A model generated the notes under the pieces. The model saw only the letters and a list, made by a program, of their open reading frames with translations, did no database searches and was not told where the DNA came from. A stretch of 64,000 nt of DNA, taken from NCBI GenBank assembly GCA_963796685.1, contig CAWCMR010000025.1:1152001-1216000 (forward strand), given 5' to 3'. Position numbers and translations under genes: made by a program. Each line of letters opens with the position of its first letter. The first letter of the stretch is position 1. Below are positions 30,423-40,055 of this stretch, one piece after another. The DNA comes from an uncultured delta proteobacterium (GTDB taxonomy: Bacteria > Myxococcota_A > Polyangia > Fen-1088).

Positions 30423-31547
30423 ATGACCAGGCCTGCTGCCCCCAACGCCTTACGCCCAAACCGGTACAGGAGCGACGCACGCACGGCCGGTTGGATCGGC
30501 GCCAAGCCGGTGATCGCTCGGCGAATTGTGTCCTTGTGCGCATTCGCTTACCCGTTGGCGCTGGTCGGGGTGGTAGTAGCATTTCGTCTCGTTGGAGAGC
30601 GCTGGTGGTTGACGACGACAGCGCTCTACCTGCCGCGCGTCGGATGGGCGTTGCCGCTCCCCTTCGTGACCGTCGCGCTGCTGATTACCCGCAGCTACCG
30701 GCTGCTCCTCACGCAGCTCGCGGCGCTCTTGCTACTGCTCTTTCCGCTCATGGGGCTGTACCTTTCCGGTCCGCGGCCAGAAACACCGGGCGCGCTAAAC
30801 TTTCGGATCTTCACGTTCAACATCGGCCTAGGAATGAACGGCGTCGCCGATGTGCTTGCCCGCATCCGCGATGCGCGCGCTGACGTGGTCGTGCTCGAGG
30901 AGGTCAGCGACGAGAACGTCGCCTTCCTGCGCGCCGGCCTCTCTGGCTTCGCGTTTCAGCACCTCGATCAGTTCGTGATCGCCAGCCGATTTCCGATCGA
31001 CAAAGCGTTCGTGCCTCCAGAGATCGAGGTCGACGGCGCCCCGCATTCTCGCCACTACGCGCGCTGCCGCCTGCGAACGCCCGCGGGCCCCATCCGACTC
31101 TACGTGACCCACCCGATTTCGCCCCACGGCGTGCTCGACCGGATCCGGGGGGACGGACTCCGCGACGAGATCCTGAGCGGCCGTACTTTTATGGCCCGTA
31201 CGCGTGAAGGCGTGGCGGCAAACGCGCGTCAGCGCGTGGCACAGGTCCGTGCCCTCGCGGAGGACGCCGCCCACTCGCCCGATCCGGTGCTCATCGCGGG
31301 AGACACCAACCTGCCTGGGCTGAGCTGGGCCTTCGCGCGCTGGTTGGGTGGCTATCAGGACGCCTTCGCGGAGGTCGGACGCGGTTTTGGGTACACCTAC
31401 CCGGCGCACAAGCGGGTCTGGATGCGGATCGATCGAATCCTGGGTGGTCCGGGGATCACGTTTTTGAACGCGGGGCCGATCGGGCCCCGCTCTTACACCC
31501 ATCTAGGCCTGGTGGCCGAAGCAGAAATCTATCCAGCCACGCGATGA
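30423..31547 (+). CDS. membrane-anchored endonuclease/exonuclease/phosphatase family protein
   Basis: Three TM segments; TFNI, LEEV, AGDTN and RIDRI motifs; terminal His. Confidence 0.85.
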   Translation: MTRPAAPNALRPNRYRSDARTAGWIGAKPVIARRIVSLCAFAYPLALVGVVVAFRLVGERWWLTTTALYLPRVGWALPLPFVTVALLITRSYRLLLTQLAALLLLLFPLMGLYLSGPRPETPGALNFRIFTFNIGLGMNGVADVLARIRDARADVVVLEEVSDENVAFLRAGLSGFAFQHLDQFVIASRFPIDKAFVPPEIEVDGAPHSRHYARCRLRTPAGPIRLYVTHPISPHGVLDRIRGDGLRDEILSGRTFMARTREGVAANARQRVAQVRALAEDAAHSPDPVLIAGDTNLPGLSWAFARWLGGYQDAFAEVGRGFGYTYPAHKRVWMRIDRILGGPGITFLNAGPIGPRSYTHLGLVAEAEIYPATR

Positions 31548-31672
31548 CTCTGAGACCTAGGACTGACACCAAAGGGCAGGTGCTTTAACATCCATGGAAA
31601 TCGTTGCATCGGCGAACCGGCATTCCACGCGGGGCTGGCGCAGGCGCAGCAAGACACGTATCCTGCACCATC

Positions 31673-31813
31673 ATGTGGTCTCATACTCTCGCCGTGAGTG
31701 TCTGGGCCGTCATGGCTGCGGGCTGCGCCACGCAGGCAGTCTGCGACTATTCGAAGGAGCCCGATCCGCGCCGTACGGAATACGCGGTGGGGCCAGGCGA
31801 CGTGCTACGAGTC
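31673..31813 (+). pseudogene. 5' fragment of an OPX (Wza-like) paralogue cut by element A
   Basis: MWSHTLAVSVWAVMAAGCATQAVCDYSKEPDPRRTEYAVGPGDVLRV versus the intact gene MWPRTLAVCAWMITAAGCATQVAYDYSKEPDPRRSEYTVGPADVLRV. Confidence 0.85.
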
Positions 31814-31960
31814 AGGCGTGAGCAGGGACATCTAGCCTGAGGGGTGCGGGCGGAGTTTTGATCGCGTTTGTTGAGGGACAAAAGAACGAGCCCCCTCAAG
31901 AAACTTGCGAAAAGTGTCCGAGGGGGCTCGCCTCCGGGTTGCTCAGACTCGGAGGAGACC

Positions 31961-32632
31961 ATGATGCACGTTCAGCGGCTGGCAGTGGAATTCTTTGCCA
32001 TGCTCGAGAAGCTCGATGAGAAGATTGCGGCCAAGGTGGCGGCGGGTAGGTGCCGGCACTGTGATGGGCCGCTACACCAGGGGAATTACCGGCGCAAGCC
32101 CCGGGGTGGCATGATCGGGGCGACAGGGGAGGAATTCACGCGACGGCACTCTCTGTGCTGCGGTCGTCGAGGGTGTCGCAAGCGGGCGTTGCCACCGTCG
32201 CTGCGTTTTCTGGGGCGGCGGGTGTATCTGGAGGTGGTTGTGGTGTTGGCCAGCGTGATGGTGCAGGTCATGGCCACGGTACGCGCGGCCGAGGAGGCGA
32301 GCGGGGTGCCGCTGCGAACGCTACGCCGGTGGGGCAGCTGGTGGCGCGAGGTGTTTCCGATGCTGCCGACGTGGGCGGAGCTGCGGGCGCGCTTCGTGCC
32401 TCCACCGCCGGACGAGGCCCAGCTTACTTGGTCGCTGCTCGCGCGCCTCGGTGGTCAGGAATATCGCCCCGACCACAATGACGACAGGGTTGCGGACGTG
32501 AGCTCATTGCTTCTGTGCGCACGCTACCTGGCACCGGCGACGAGCGATTCCGTAGTGGCTCGCGCCAGCTCCTCTGTGTCGTCCTCGCCGGTGATGCACG
32601 TTTGGTCGAGCGTCTTCGCACCACCGAGCTGA
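31961..32632 (+). CDS. Cys-rich Zn-ribbon/HTH transposon accessory protein (C-terminus altered by deletion)
   Basis: CRHC...YRRKPRGG...CC...GCRKR..PPSLRF; RTLRRW..WWR; homologous to 43757-44347. Confidence 0.7.
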   Translation: MMHVQRLAVEFFAMLEKLDEKIAAKVAAGRCRHCDGPLHQGNYRRKPRGGMIGATGEEFTRRHSLCCGRRGCRKRALPPSLRFLGRRVYLEVVVVLASVMVQVMATVRAAEEASGVPLRTLRRWGSWWREVFPMLPTWAELRARFVPPPPDEAQLTWSLLARLGGQEYRPDHNDDRVADVSSLLLCARYLAPATSDSVVARASSSVSSSPVMHVWSSVFAPPS

Positions 32633-32934
32633 TGCCTCTCGGCAGCCGCATCCGCCGCCGCCTCGTCCTCGAATATGCATCCCGCGATGAGCTCCTCGCC
32701 TGCCTCGACCACCTCCTCGAAACCGCTGGTAATCCCACCCTCATGACCACCGAGCTCAAAGCCACCCTCGCCGATCATGCTGCCGGCAACTACCGCGTCC
32801 TCATGAATCTTGGCGATGAGCTGCTCGCACTCGCCGCCGACAAAGACCTGCCCCGCCTCGACGAAAAGCTTTTCCTGGAAGCCTTCAACCAGCAGCCACG
32901 CCCCACTGCCAAGGCGCCTGCGAAACGTCGATGA
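32560..32934 (+). pseudogene. C-terminal fragment of an ExeA-family AAA+ ATPase
   Basis: LLCVVLAGDARL...PLGSRIRRRL...AAGNYRVL; no Walker A. Confidence 0.75.
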
Positions 32935-33194
32935 TCATCGTCATTCCCCCGGACGACGATCTCTGTGTCGCCCCCGAGCTGGCTATCCTCGCCGCCCTCG
33001 AGGCCGGACTCGCCATCGCCGTCCAAGTCCTGAACATCACCCACACCGAGATCTTTGCCCCGGGCGACGACCGTCACCCGGCCAACCTCGACACCCGCGT
33101 TGCCGCAGAGATCATGGCCCAGGCCACCAGCATGATCGCCACCATCAACCGTTACCGCCGCGCTCTTCTCGACCCCGATGCCGACCCGCCCTGA
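32931..33194 (+). CDS. small acidic protein, last gene of element A
   Basis: ATGA-coupled to the ATPase stop; APELAILAAL motif. Confidence 0.65.
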   Translation: MIIVIPPDDDLCVAPELAILAALEAGLAIAVQVLNITHTEIFAPGDDRHPANLDTRVAAEIMAQATSMIATINRYRRALLDPDADPP

Positions 33195-33375
33195 CCGGGA
33201 CTCGCCGCATTCATGTCCTCGTGCGCCCCGCCAATAGATTGCTCCGCGTCCCCTCAGAAAACGTGCGCACGCTCACCGCAGAGCGCGAATTCTTCGAAGA
33301 GGGACTCCAGGGCCTCCTTCGCACTCGAGCCATGGCCCGTGGTAGGGCGGGACGGCGCCCTCCTTGCCGTCGAAG

Positions 33376-33969
33376 CTAGGGCACAATAATGATATCGCCA
33401 GGAAGGACGACGATATTCTGCTCAAGTTGCTTTCCGGTCCGGAGTTTTTCGACATCTACCGGAATCTGGCGTGGATTGCCCGATGCCGAGTCGCGGATGA
33501 TGAAAGTCTTCTCAGGGCTGGCAAAACGGTTGGGACCGCCGGCCATGGTGATCGCCTCCAGCACGGTGACGTAGTTCGTCGGCGTGAAGTTGCCACTCTT
33601 TTCGACATTGCCTGTGATGGTAAACTGGTAGCTACTGCCCGAAACCAGTGCGATGGTGACTTGCAGATTTTCGGGTTTCACAAAGCTCGCCAGGCCGGTG
33701 GCGATCTGGGCGCGGATTTTGGATAGTGGCAGGCCAGCTGCCTTGATGTCGCCGACGAGCGGCATCGTGATATTGCCATCCGGACGCACCCGAGCCTCGA
33801 TGCTCAGTTCTGGCTCACGCCAGACGTTGACCCGCAGTACGTCAGCCGGTCCCACGGTATACTCCGAGCGGCGTGGATCGGGTTCCTTCGAATAGTCGTA
33901 GGCTACCTGCGTGGCACAGCCTGCGGCAGTGATCATCCAGGCACAGACGGCTAAGGTACGGGGCCACAT
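33376..33969 (-). CDS. short OPX/Wza-family polysaccharide export lipoprotein (EpsY-like)
   Basis: Lipobox AAGC; VRPDGNITMPLVGDIKAAG PES motif; SLBB domain; ends LPGDIIIVP with no OM helix. Confidence 0.92.
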   Translation of the reverse strand: MWPRTLAVCAWMITAAGCATQVAYDYSKEPDPRRSEYTVGPADVLRVNVWREPELSIEARVRPDGNITMPLVGDIKAAGLPLSKIRAQIATGLASFVKPENLQVTIALVSGSSYQFTITGNVEKSGNFTPTNYVTVLEAITMAGGPNRFASPEKTFIIRDSASGNPRQIPVDVEKLRTGKQLEQNIVVLPGDIIIVP

Positions 33970-34103
33970 GGCGGATCAGAGTACTTGTCTTGTCGCGTGT
34001 TCGCCAGATTGATTTCGAATCCGCGTCACCGACAACCACCCGCAACACCCTTGCAACCCATGGGACGCGTAGTATCATGACTCTGCTTGGATTGTCGAAA
34101 AAC

Positions 34104-35585
34104 ATGAGTGATCGTTCTGTCTTCTCTCCGCATTTGACTACGGCCTGGTTTCTCCTTGTCTTCTGGATGGCCAGCCCCGCCAGCTGCTCGCACAGTGCCG
34201 CGTCAAACGGCGGCCAGCTAGGTGGCGGCGGAAGCGGATCTGGCAGCGCCAACGGCGGCAGCGGTGGTGCAGGAGGATCGCTGGGGAACCCAACGGATCT
34301 GTGCGCAGGTTACGCCGTCCGCTCGACCGAGCTTGTCCCCTACTCTGCGCTCCCGAAGCCGGTCCTTCTCCAGGGGGTTCAGGATCCCGACTTCCCGCTC
34401 TCGGTCATTCGTCGCATCACCGACCAGTCTGAATGGCCGGGCAACACGACCACGGTTCCGGCTTACCCGACGATCCCAGTCTGGAACGCCGACGAGTCTT
34501 TGATGGTTCTCTACGTGCAGGGCTTTGGTCACGTACTGCTCGATGGCAAGACCTATCAGTTCAAGCACCAACTCGAGATCAATCCGCCCGACTTGGAGCA
34601 CTACTATTGGGACACCCACGATCCGGACGTTCTGTATTTCGTCGCCGATCAGGCGCCGCACGTCCTCAACAAGTACCACGTGTCGACTAGCACATCCGAG
34701 GTGCTGCACAACTTTGATCCCGACCTTGCTTCGGGCGGTCAGTTGGCATCGGCCTGCGCAGGACACGATACGTCCGCGACGATCAGCGGCGGCGAAGATC
34801 CGTTCTTCATTAGTTACGACAACGACCTGTTCGGCCTGGGGTGCCGGCTGAATAGCAGCGGACCCAACGGTGCTTCCAATTTCGTTGGGTTCAGCTATCG
34901 CGTATCGACGAACCAGATCGGTAAGACCCTCCCCAACGAGGGTACTGTCCCGCAGGCGAGCCCGTCGGGACAATACGTCTACTTCTATGCCGACGAGAAG
35001 GTGACGCAGGTCCTCGATCCCATGACCCACGGGCTAATCCGCACGCTTCCGTGGGACGGCACTTCACACAGCGATCTCCTACTCAATGCCAAAGGCGAGG
35101 ACATCGTAGCGGGCGTGCAGTTCGACGGGCCGTCCGGAAGTGGCACGCTGCTCGCTGGCAACCTAGTGACTGGCAAGGTCACGACCATCATCGGACCGAC
35201 GAAGACGGGCACGGGGGATTCCTATTCGTATCCGCCGAGCGGCACGCTGGTGAGCGGAAAGGCGCTCAAGAACCCTGGATGGGTGGTCGTCGGTGTCACC
35301 GGCGATATCCAGCTGACCAAGACCTACCTCGATCAGGAGATCGTCCTTGCGGACGTCGACACAGGGGACTTCTGCCGCGTTGCGCACCACCGCAGCATCG
35401 GCAAGTGGGCGGACGGCTCGGTGGACAACTACTGGGCGCAGCCGAACGTGGTCTTCAGCCCATCGGGGACGCGAGTCGCCTTCCCGAGTGACTGGGGGGC
35501 TGCCAAGCCGGGCTCAAGCCTGAAGCCCGACGCGAACGCCCCAGTCGACGTCTACGTCCTCGAGCTTCCCAGTTACCGGCCGTAG
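34104..35585 (+). CDS. secreted beta-propeller-like protein, copy 1
   Basis: Signal, Gly linker, then PAYPTIPVWNADES...HHRS...YWAQP..SPSGTRVAFPSDW. Confidence 0.75.
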   Translation: MSDRSVFSPHLTTAWFLLVFWMASPASCSHSAASNGGQLGGGGSGSGSANGGSGGAGGSLGNPTDLCAGYAVRSTELVPYSALPKPVLLQGVQDPDFPLSVIRRITDQSEWPGNTTTVPAYPTIPVWNADESLMVLYVQGFGHVLLDGKTYQFKHQLEINPPDLEHYYWDTHDPDVLYFVADQAPHVLNKYHVSTSTSEVLHNFDPDLASGGQLASACAGHDTSATISGGEDPFFISYDNDLFGLGCRLNSSGPNGASNFVGFSYRVSTNQIGKTLPNEGTVPQASPSGQYVYFYADEKVTQVLDPMTHGLIRTLPWDGTSHSDLLLNAKGEDIVAGVQFDGPSGSGTLLAGNLVTGKVTTIIGPTKTGTGDSYSYPPSGTLVSGKALKNPGWVVVGVTGDIQLTKTYLDQEIVLADVDTGDFCRVAHHRSIGKWADGSVDNYWAQPNVVFSPSGTRVAFPSDWGAAKPGSSLKPDANAPVDVYVLELPSYRP

Positions 35586-37715
35586 CTACTGGCTCCATCA
35601 AACAAGGACAATAAGAGTTGGGCCGAAGACCGTTTCGCTTCGGCAGCACTATCTGGCCGCATAGCGATGTAACCCGCCAACAAAGTGCCAGCGTAATTTG
35701 CCTCGATTGCGACGTACAGGGGTACTCGAGTGAGCACCGCATTACGCCAGCACATTTCAGACAATGCGCGGAGGATCCGATGACGTACAATTAGCAGCGT
35801 GGTCTGTCGAGGCTACGACAGAGTCAGGTACCCAAGCAGTGAATGTAGAGTGAAAGGGCGCTGCGACAACCCAAGGAGGATTCTTTCAATGAAGTACTAT
35901 TGGCTGGCATACGCCGTTTTGAGTGTAGTGTTGCCTTCGAGCTTCGGTTGTTCGAGCGGTAGTGCCAAGACCGCGCTTTCGCCTGACAGTGGTGCTGCAG
36001 GGAGAGACAGCAGTGGGGTCGGAGGCCCTGGCACCGGCGGAAGTGGAGGTATTGGCAATACCGGCAGCGGGGGGGCAGGCGATGTTCGCGCCAGCACTGG
36101 CGAGGGCGGTGCTGGTGGGACGGGCGATGGCGGTCTTGGGGTGGTTGGTACGGGCGGGGTGGTTGGCACCGGTGGCGCGGGTGGAAGGGTTGGGACACGC
36201 GACGGCGGAATCGACGTTGGTGGCAGGGGAGGAAATGCCAGAACGGGCGATGCGGCGGGTTCCGGTGGTGCCACGGGCGGATCGGGTGGCAGCAGCCTGA
36301 GTGACGCAGGCCGGGATGGCGCGGTCGACGCGGCTTCCGGTGGATCGCTTGGTGGACAGGGAGGCCCAGTAGATTCTGCCAACGGCGGGAGCGGTGGTGC
36401 AGGAGGATCGCTGGGGAACCCAACGGATCTGTGCGCAGGTTACGCCGTCCGCTCGACCGAGCTTGTCCCCTACTCTGCGCTCCCGAAGCCGGTCCTTCTC
36501 CAGGGGGTTCAGGATCCCGACTTCCCGCTCTCGGTCATTCGTCGCATCACCGACCAGTCTGAATGGCCGGGCAACACGACCACGGTTCCGGCTTACCCGA
36601 CGATCCCAGTCTGGAACGCCGACGAGTCTTTGATGGTTCTCTACGTGCAGGGCTTTGGTCACGTACTGCTCGATGGCAAGACCTATCAGTTCAAGCACCA
36701 ACTCGAGATCAATCCGCCCGACTTGGAGCACTACTATTGGGACACCCACGATCCGGACGTTCTGTATTTCGTCGCCGATCAGGCGCCGCACGTCCTCAAC
36801 AAGTACCACGTGTCGACTAGCACATCCGAGGTGCTGCACAACTTTGATCCCGACCTTGCTTCGGGCGGTCAGTTGGCATCGGCCTGCGCAGGACACGATA
36901 CGTCCGCGACGATCAGCGGCGGCGAAGATCCGTTCTTCATTAGTTACGACAACGACCTGTTCGGCCTGGGGTGCCGGCTGAATAGCAGCGGACCCAACGG
37001 TGCTTCCAATTTCGTTGGGTTCAGCTATCGCGTATCGACGAACCAGATCGGTAAGACCCTCCCCAACGAGGGTACTGTCCCGCAGGCGAGCCCGTCGGGA
37101 CAATACGTCTACTTCTATGCCGACGAGAAGGTGACGCAGGTCCTCGATCCCATGACCCACGGGCTAATCCGCACGCTTCCGTGGGACGGCACTTCACACA
37201 GCGATCTCCTACTCAATGCCAAAGGCGAGGACATCGTAGCGGGCGTGCAGTTCGACGGGCCGTCCGGAAGTGGCACGCTGCTCGCTGGCAACCTAGTGAC
37301 TGGCAAGGTCACGACCATCATCGGACCGACGAAGACGGGCACGGGGGATTCCTATTCGTATCCGCCGAGCGGCACGCTGGTGAGCGGAAAGGCGCTCAAG
37401 AACCCTGGATGGGTGGTCGTCGGTGTTACCGGCGATATCCAGCTGACCAAGACCTACCTCGATCAGGAGATCGTCCTTGCGGACGTCGACACAGGGGACT
37501 TCTGCCGCGTTGCGCACCACCGCAGCATCGGCAAGTGGGCGGACGGCTCGGTGGACAACTACTGGGCGCAGCCGAACGTGGTCTTCAGCCCATCGGGGAC
37601 GCGAGTCGCCTTCCCGAGTGACTGGGGGGCTGCCAAGCCGGGCTCAAGCCTGAAGCCCGACGCGAACGCCCCGGTCGACGTCTACGTCCTCGAGCTTCCC
37701 AGTTACCGGCCGTAG
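34248..37715 (+). repeat. 1.34-kb direct duplication (34248-35585 and 36378-37715, offset 2130)
   Basis: Visually identical except at three positions; alternative-frame ORF translations confirm this. Confidence 0.95.
35889..37715 (+). CDS. secreted beta-propeller-like lipoprotein, copy 2 (long Gly-rich linker)
   Basis: Lipobox-like SFGC; globular domain identical to copy 1. Confidence 0.78.
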   Translation: MKYYWLAYAVLSVVLPSSFGCSSGSAKTALSPDSGAAGRDSSGVGGPGTGGSGGIGNTGSGGAGDVRASTGEGGAGGTGDGGLGVVGTGGVVGTGGAGGRVGTRDGGIDVGGRGGNARTGDAAGSGGATGGSGGSSLSDAGRDGAVDAASGGSLGGQGGPVDSANGGSGGAGGSLGNPTDLCAGYAVRSTELVPYSALPKPVLLQGVQDPDFPLSVIRRITDQSEWPGNTTTVPAYPTIPVWNADESLMVLYVQGFGHVLLDGKTYQFKHQLEINPPDLEHYYWDTHDPDVLYFVADQAPHVLNKYHVSTSTSEVLHNFDPDLASGGQLASACAGHDTSATISGGEDPFFISYDNDLFGLGCRLNSSGPNGASNFVGFSYRVSTNQIGKTLPNEGTVPQASPSGQYVYFYADEKVTQVLDPMTHGLIRTLPWDGTSHSDLLLNAKGEDIVAGVQFDGPSGSGTLLAGNLVTGKVTTIIGPTKTGTGDSYSYPPSGTLVSGKALKNPGWVVVGVTGDIQLTKTYLDQEIVLADVDTGDFCRVAHHRSIGKWADGSVDNYWAQPNVVFSPSGTRVAFPSDWGAAKPGSSLKPDANAPVDVYVLELPSYRP

Positions 37716-37919
37716 TCCGCAGCCGCGTCTCAAGCTGAGTCGAGTCGCCCTCCAGCCTTACGGGCTGGAGCGAGCCTGCGCGGGGGGCAGGAGCAATTCT
37801 GGGTAGGCCCGCGACGTCTGTCGTGACATCCAAACCAAACGCACAACAACGTGCACGCTGCACGGAAGGTCGATGTTCATCGATCCGGAGCGACAGGTTC
37901 ATCTACTTTGAGAGGGGAG

Positions 37920-38960
37920 TTAGAAAACAACGGGCTTGCGAAATAGACTGGAGAGCCGCCGAGGCAGCAGCAGCTTGGCCGCGGTCCTCACGGTGGTTCG
38001 GTCTGCGATGCCGTAGCGGAGGCTCTGCACCAAGTGGCGCGCGCCCCGAAGTCTCTGGTCATCGGCCATCGCACTGGCTGCGGCGAGGTGGGAGTAGCCG
38101 AGACGTTTCCGGAATTCCGCGTCGCTTACGAGCGACAGATCGAGTGTCTTCAGGCTTTCAAGTACCAGTAGACGCGACTCAGCTATGTCCGCCGAATATT
38201 TGTCCGACGACATCTGGTCGGGCGAATAGCGATACCGCATCAGTGGATGGTTGATAAACGCCACATCGCCCTCGCGGCTCAGGCGCAGCAGATACTCCCA
38301 GTCACTGTCCCGGCGAAACTTCTTGTCTAGCATCCCAGCACGCTGGGCCGCTTCCCGCCGGTACAATACGGTGGGCGGGTGCAGGACGTTGCCACCGACA
38401 AGTTGGCGATAGATCGCCCCGTAGTGAATGCTAACCAGTTCGGGCAAAGCGCCCATGTGCGGCAAGCCAGTGGTCCGGAACAGCTGATGGCGGGGGAAGA
38501 AACCCGCCAATCCCCCGGGCGTCCGGCCGATAGCGCCATAGCACGACGACATGTGCGAGCGATCGAAGTAGCCACTCTCGTCGAAGGCCGAGAAATCAGA
38601 TGCTATCAGCGCGCACACGGGATGTTGTTGCATAAAGGCGACCTGCAGTGCCACCTTTTCGGCATTCCACAGATCGTCAGAGTCGAGCCACGCCACGAAT
38701 TCCCCAGTACTTCTGGCCATGCCCGCGTTACGGGCGGCGGCCAGACCCTGGTTTTGCTGGCGAACGTAAATGATACGATCGCGGTACGGCTCGACAGCGC
38801 GTTCCGTGCCGTCGGTGGATCCATCGTCGACGACAATGAGCTCGATTTGCGGATAGGTCTGCGCCAAAGCACTGTCCAGGGTCTGGGCAATGACGTTCCC
38901 ACGATTGTAACTAGGCACGACGACGCTCACGATCGGATTCACAATATGTATCGATAGCAT
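37920..38960 (-). CDS. GT2 glycosyltransferase
   Basis: VSVVVPSYNR, VVDDGSTD, AARNAG and LDSDD motifs. Confidence 0.92.
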   Translation of the reverse strand: MLSIHIVNPIVSVVVPSYNRGNVIAQTLDSALAQTYPQIELIVVDDGSTDGTERAVEPYRDRIIYVRQQNQGLAAARNAGMARSTGEFVAWLDSDDLWNAEKVALQVAFMQQHPVCALIASDFSAFDESGYFDRSHMSSCYGAIGRTPGGLAGFFPRHQLFRTTGLPHMGALPELVSIHYGAIYRQLVGGNVLHPPTVLYRREAAQRAGMLDKKFRRDSDWEYLLRLSREGDVAFINHPLMRYRYSPDQMSSDKYSADIAESRLLVLESLKTLDLSLVSDAEFRKRLGYSHLAAASAMADDQRLRGARHLVQSLRYGIADRTTVRTAAKLLLPRRLSSLFRKPVVF

Positions 38961-39086
38961 GAAGCGTGGATTGTGTCAGTTTCGATCTCGCTTTTTGAGG
39001 GGACACCGAGTAGGGAAAATGAGGGGATTCCCGATACCCGTTCCCACACGCTGTAGGGGTCAGCGGGTAGCGGAATCGGGAATCAG

Positions 39087-39947
39087 CTACCCTGAGGCGA
39101 GGAGGTAGCCGGCGGCACTCTTGCGGACGCGGCCCTCAGCGACGAGGGTGGCGAGGGCATCGCAGGCGCTCTTGTTGCGGATGCGGCAGGCGGTGCGGAG
39201 GGCGGCAAGCGACAGCGGGGTGGCGGTGTCGGCGAGTGCGCGCTCGATCTTCTCGACGGGGGATGTGGCGGGCGGAGCTTCGGTGATGGCGCGAGCTTCG
39301 ATCACCCGCAGGGCGAGAGCGTCGCCATCGTTCTTGAGAGCGACGTGCAAGCCGCCGAAGGACGGTGCGGCGCGATGCTCGACGGTGAGTACGAGGTCGT
39401 CGCCGGTGCGGCGGAGATAGAGGTTGGAGTCGCCCCAGGCGTGAAATTCGGACGAGCCGCGCAGGGCCTGGCCCGCCCTGGCCTTGGCGGCGCCTTTGCG
39501 CGCATGGTGGACCAGGACCACCGCGACGGCGAGGCGACGCTGCAGCTCGCGCAGAAAGGCGAGCAGCGGGGCGACCTCGCCGGAGACGTTCTCGTCGATG
39601 CGGTGCAGGCGCACGAAAGGGTCAAGGATGAGCAGGCGGGGATGCAGGTGCTCGACGGTCTGGGCGAGGCGATCGCGATCGTCGGCTAGGTCGAGGCGGA
39701 GGACGGGTGCGGTGATGACCTGGATGTCGAGGGCATCGAGGCTGGTGCCGGCGGCAAGGGCGATGCCTTCGAGACGGCGGCGCACGATGTGCAGGGCATC
39801 CTCGGCGGCGAAGAGCAGGACCCGGCCGGACGCGGCGGGCGGGAAACGGCCGAGGCAGGGCACAGAGGCGGCGACGGCCACCGCCATGTCGAGAGCGAGG
39901 AAGGACTTGCAGCACTTGGGCTCGCCGCCGACGATGCCGACGGCCTG
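39087..39947 (-). pseudogene. AAA_25/RepA-like ATPase, 5'-truncated by element B; probable passenger of another IS21-like element
   Basis: GEPKCCKS Walker A, LILDPF Walker B, VHHARK and LRGSS; N-terminus replaced by the element B terminus. Confidence 0.75.
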
Positions 39948-40055
39948 TGTGTTGCCACGCAAACAGGCTGATGGGTTTGCGGTTCAGATAGCAGATGGGC
40001 ATCACGGAAGTGACAGGGTGGCTGTCACGTCGGTGATGCCCATCATCGGGTCGGC

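Larger units (their letters stand above)
31819..33275 (+). mobile_element. element A: internally deleted four-gene transposon-like element
   Basis: Inverted termini TGAGC-N13-CTGAGGGG at both ends; Zn-ribbon gene joined to the tail of an ExeA ATPase; transposase missing; no target duplication seen. Confidence 0.75.

Noticed and set aside
35586-35800. Small minus-strand ORF between the duplicated genes
   Set aside because: No recognisable motif; possibly a relic, but unsupported.
34248-37715. Diversity-generating retroelement TR/VR pair
   Set aside because: Both copies are coding, the few differences are synonymous and not adenine-specific, and no reverse transcriptase is present.
37860-37910. 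Possible further OPX relic (GGAAGG..GAT.TTC...TCCGGAG...CATCTAC)
   Set aside because: Similarity is too short and gapped to distinguish from chance.
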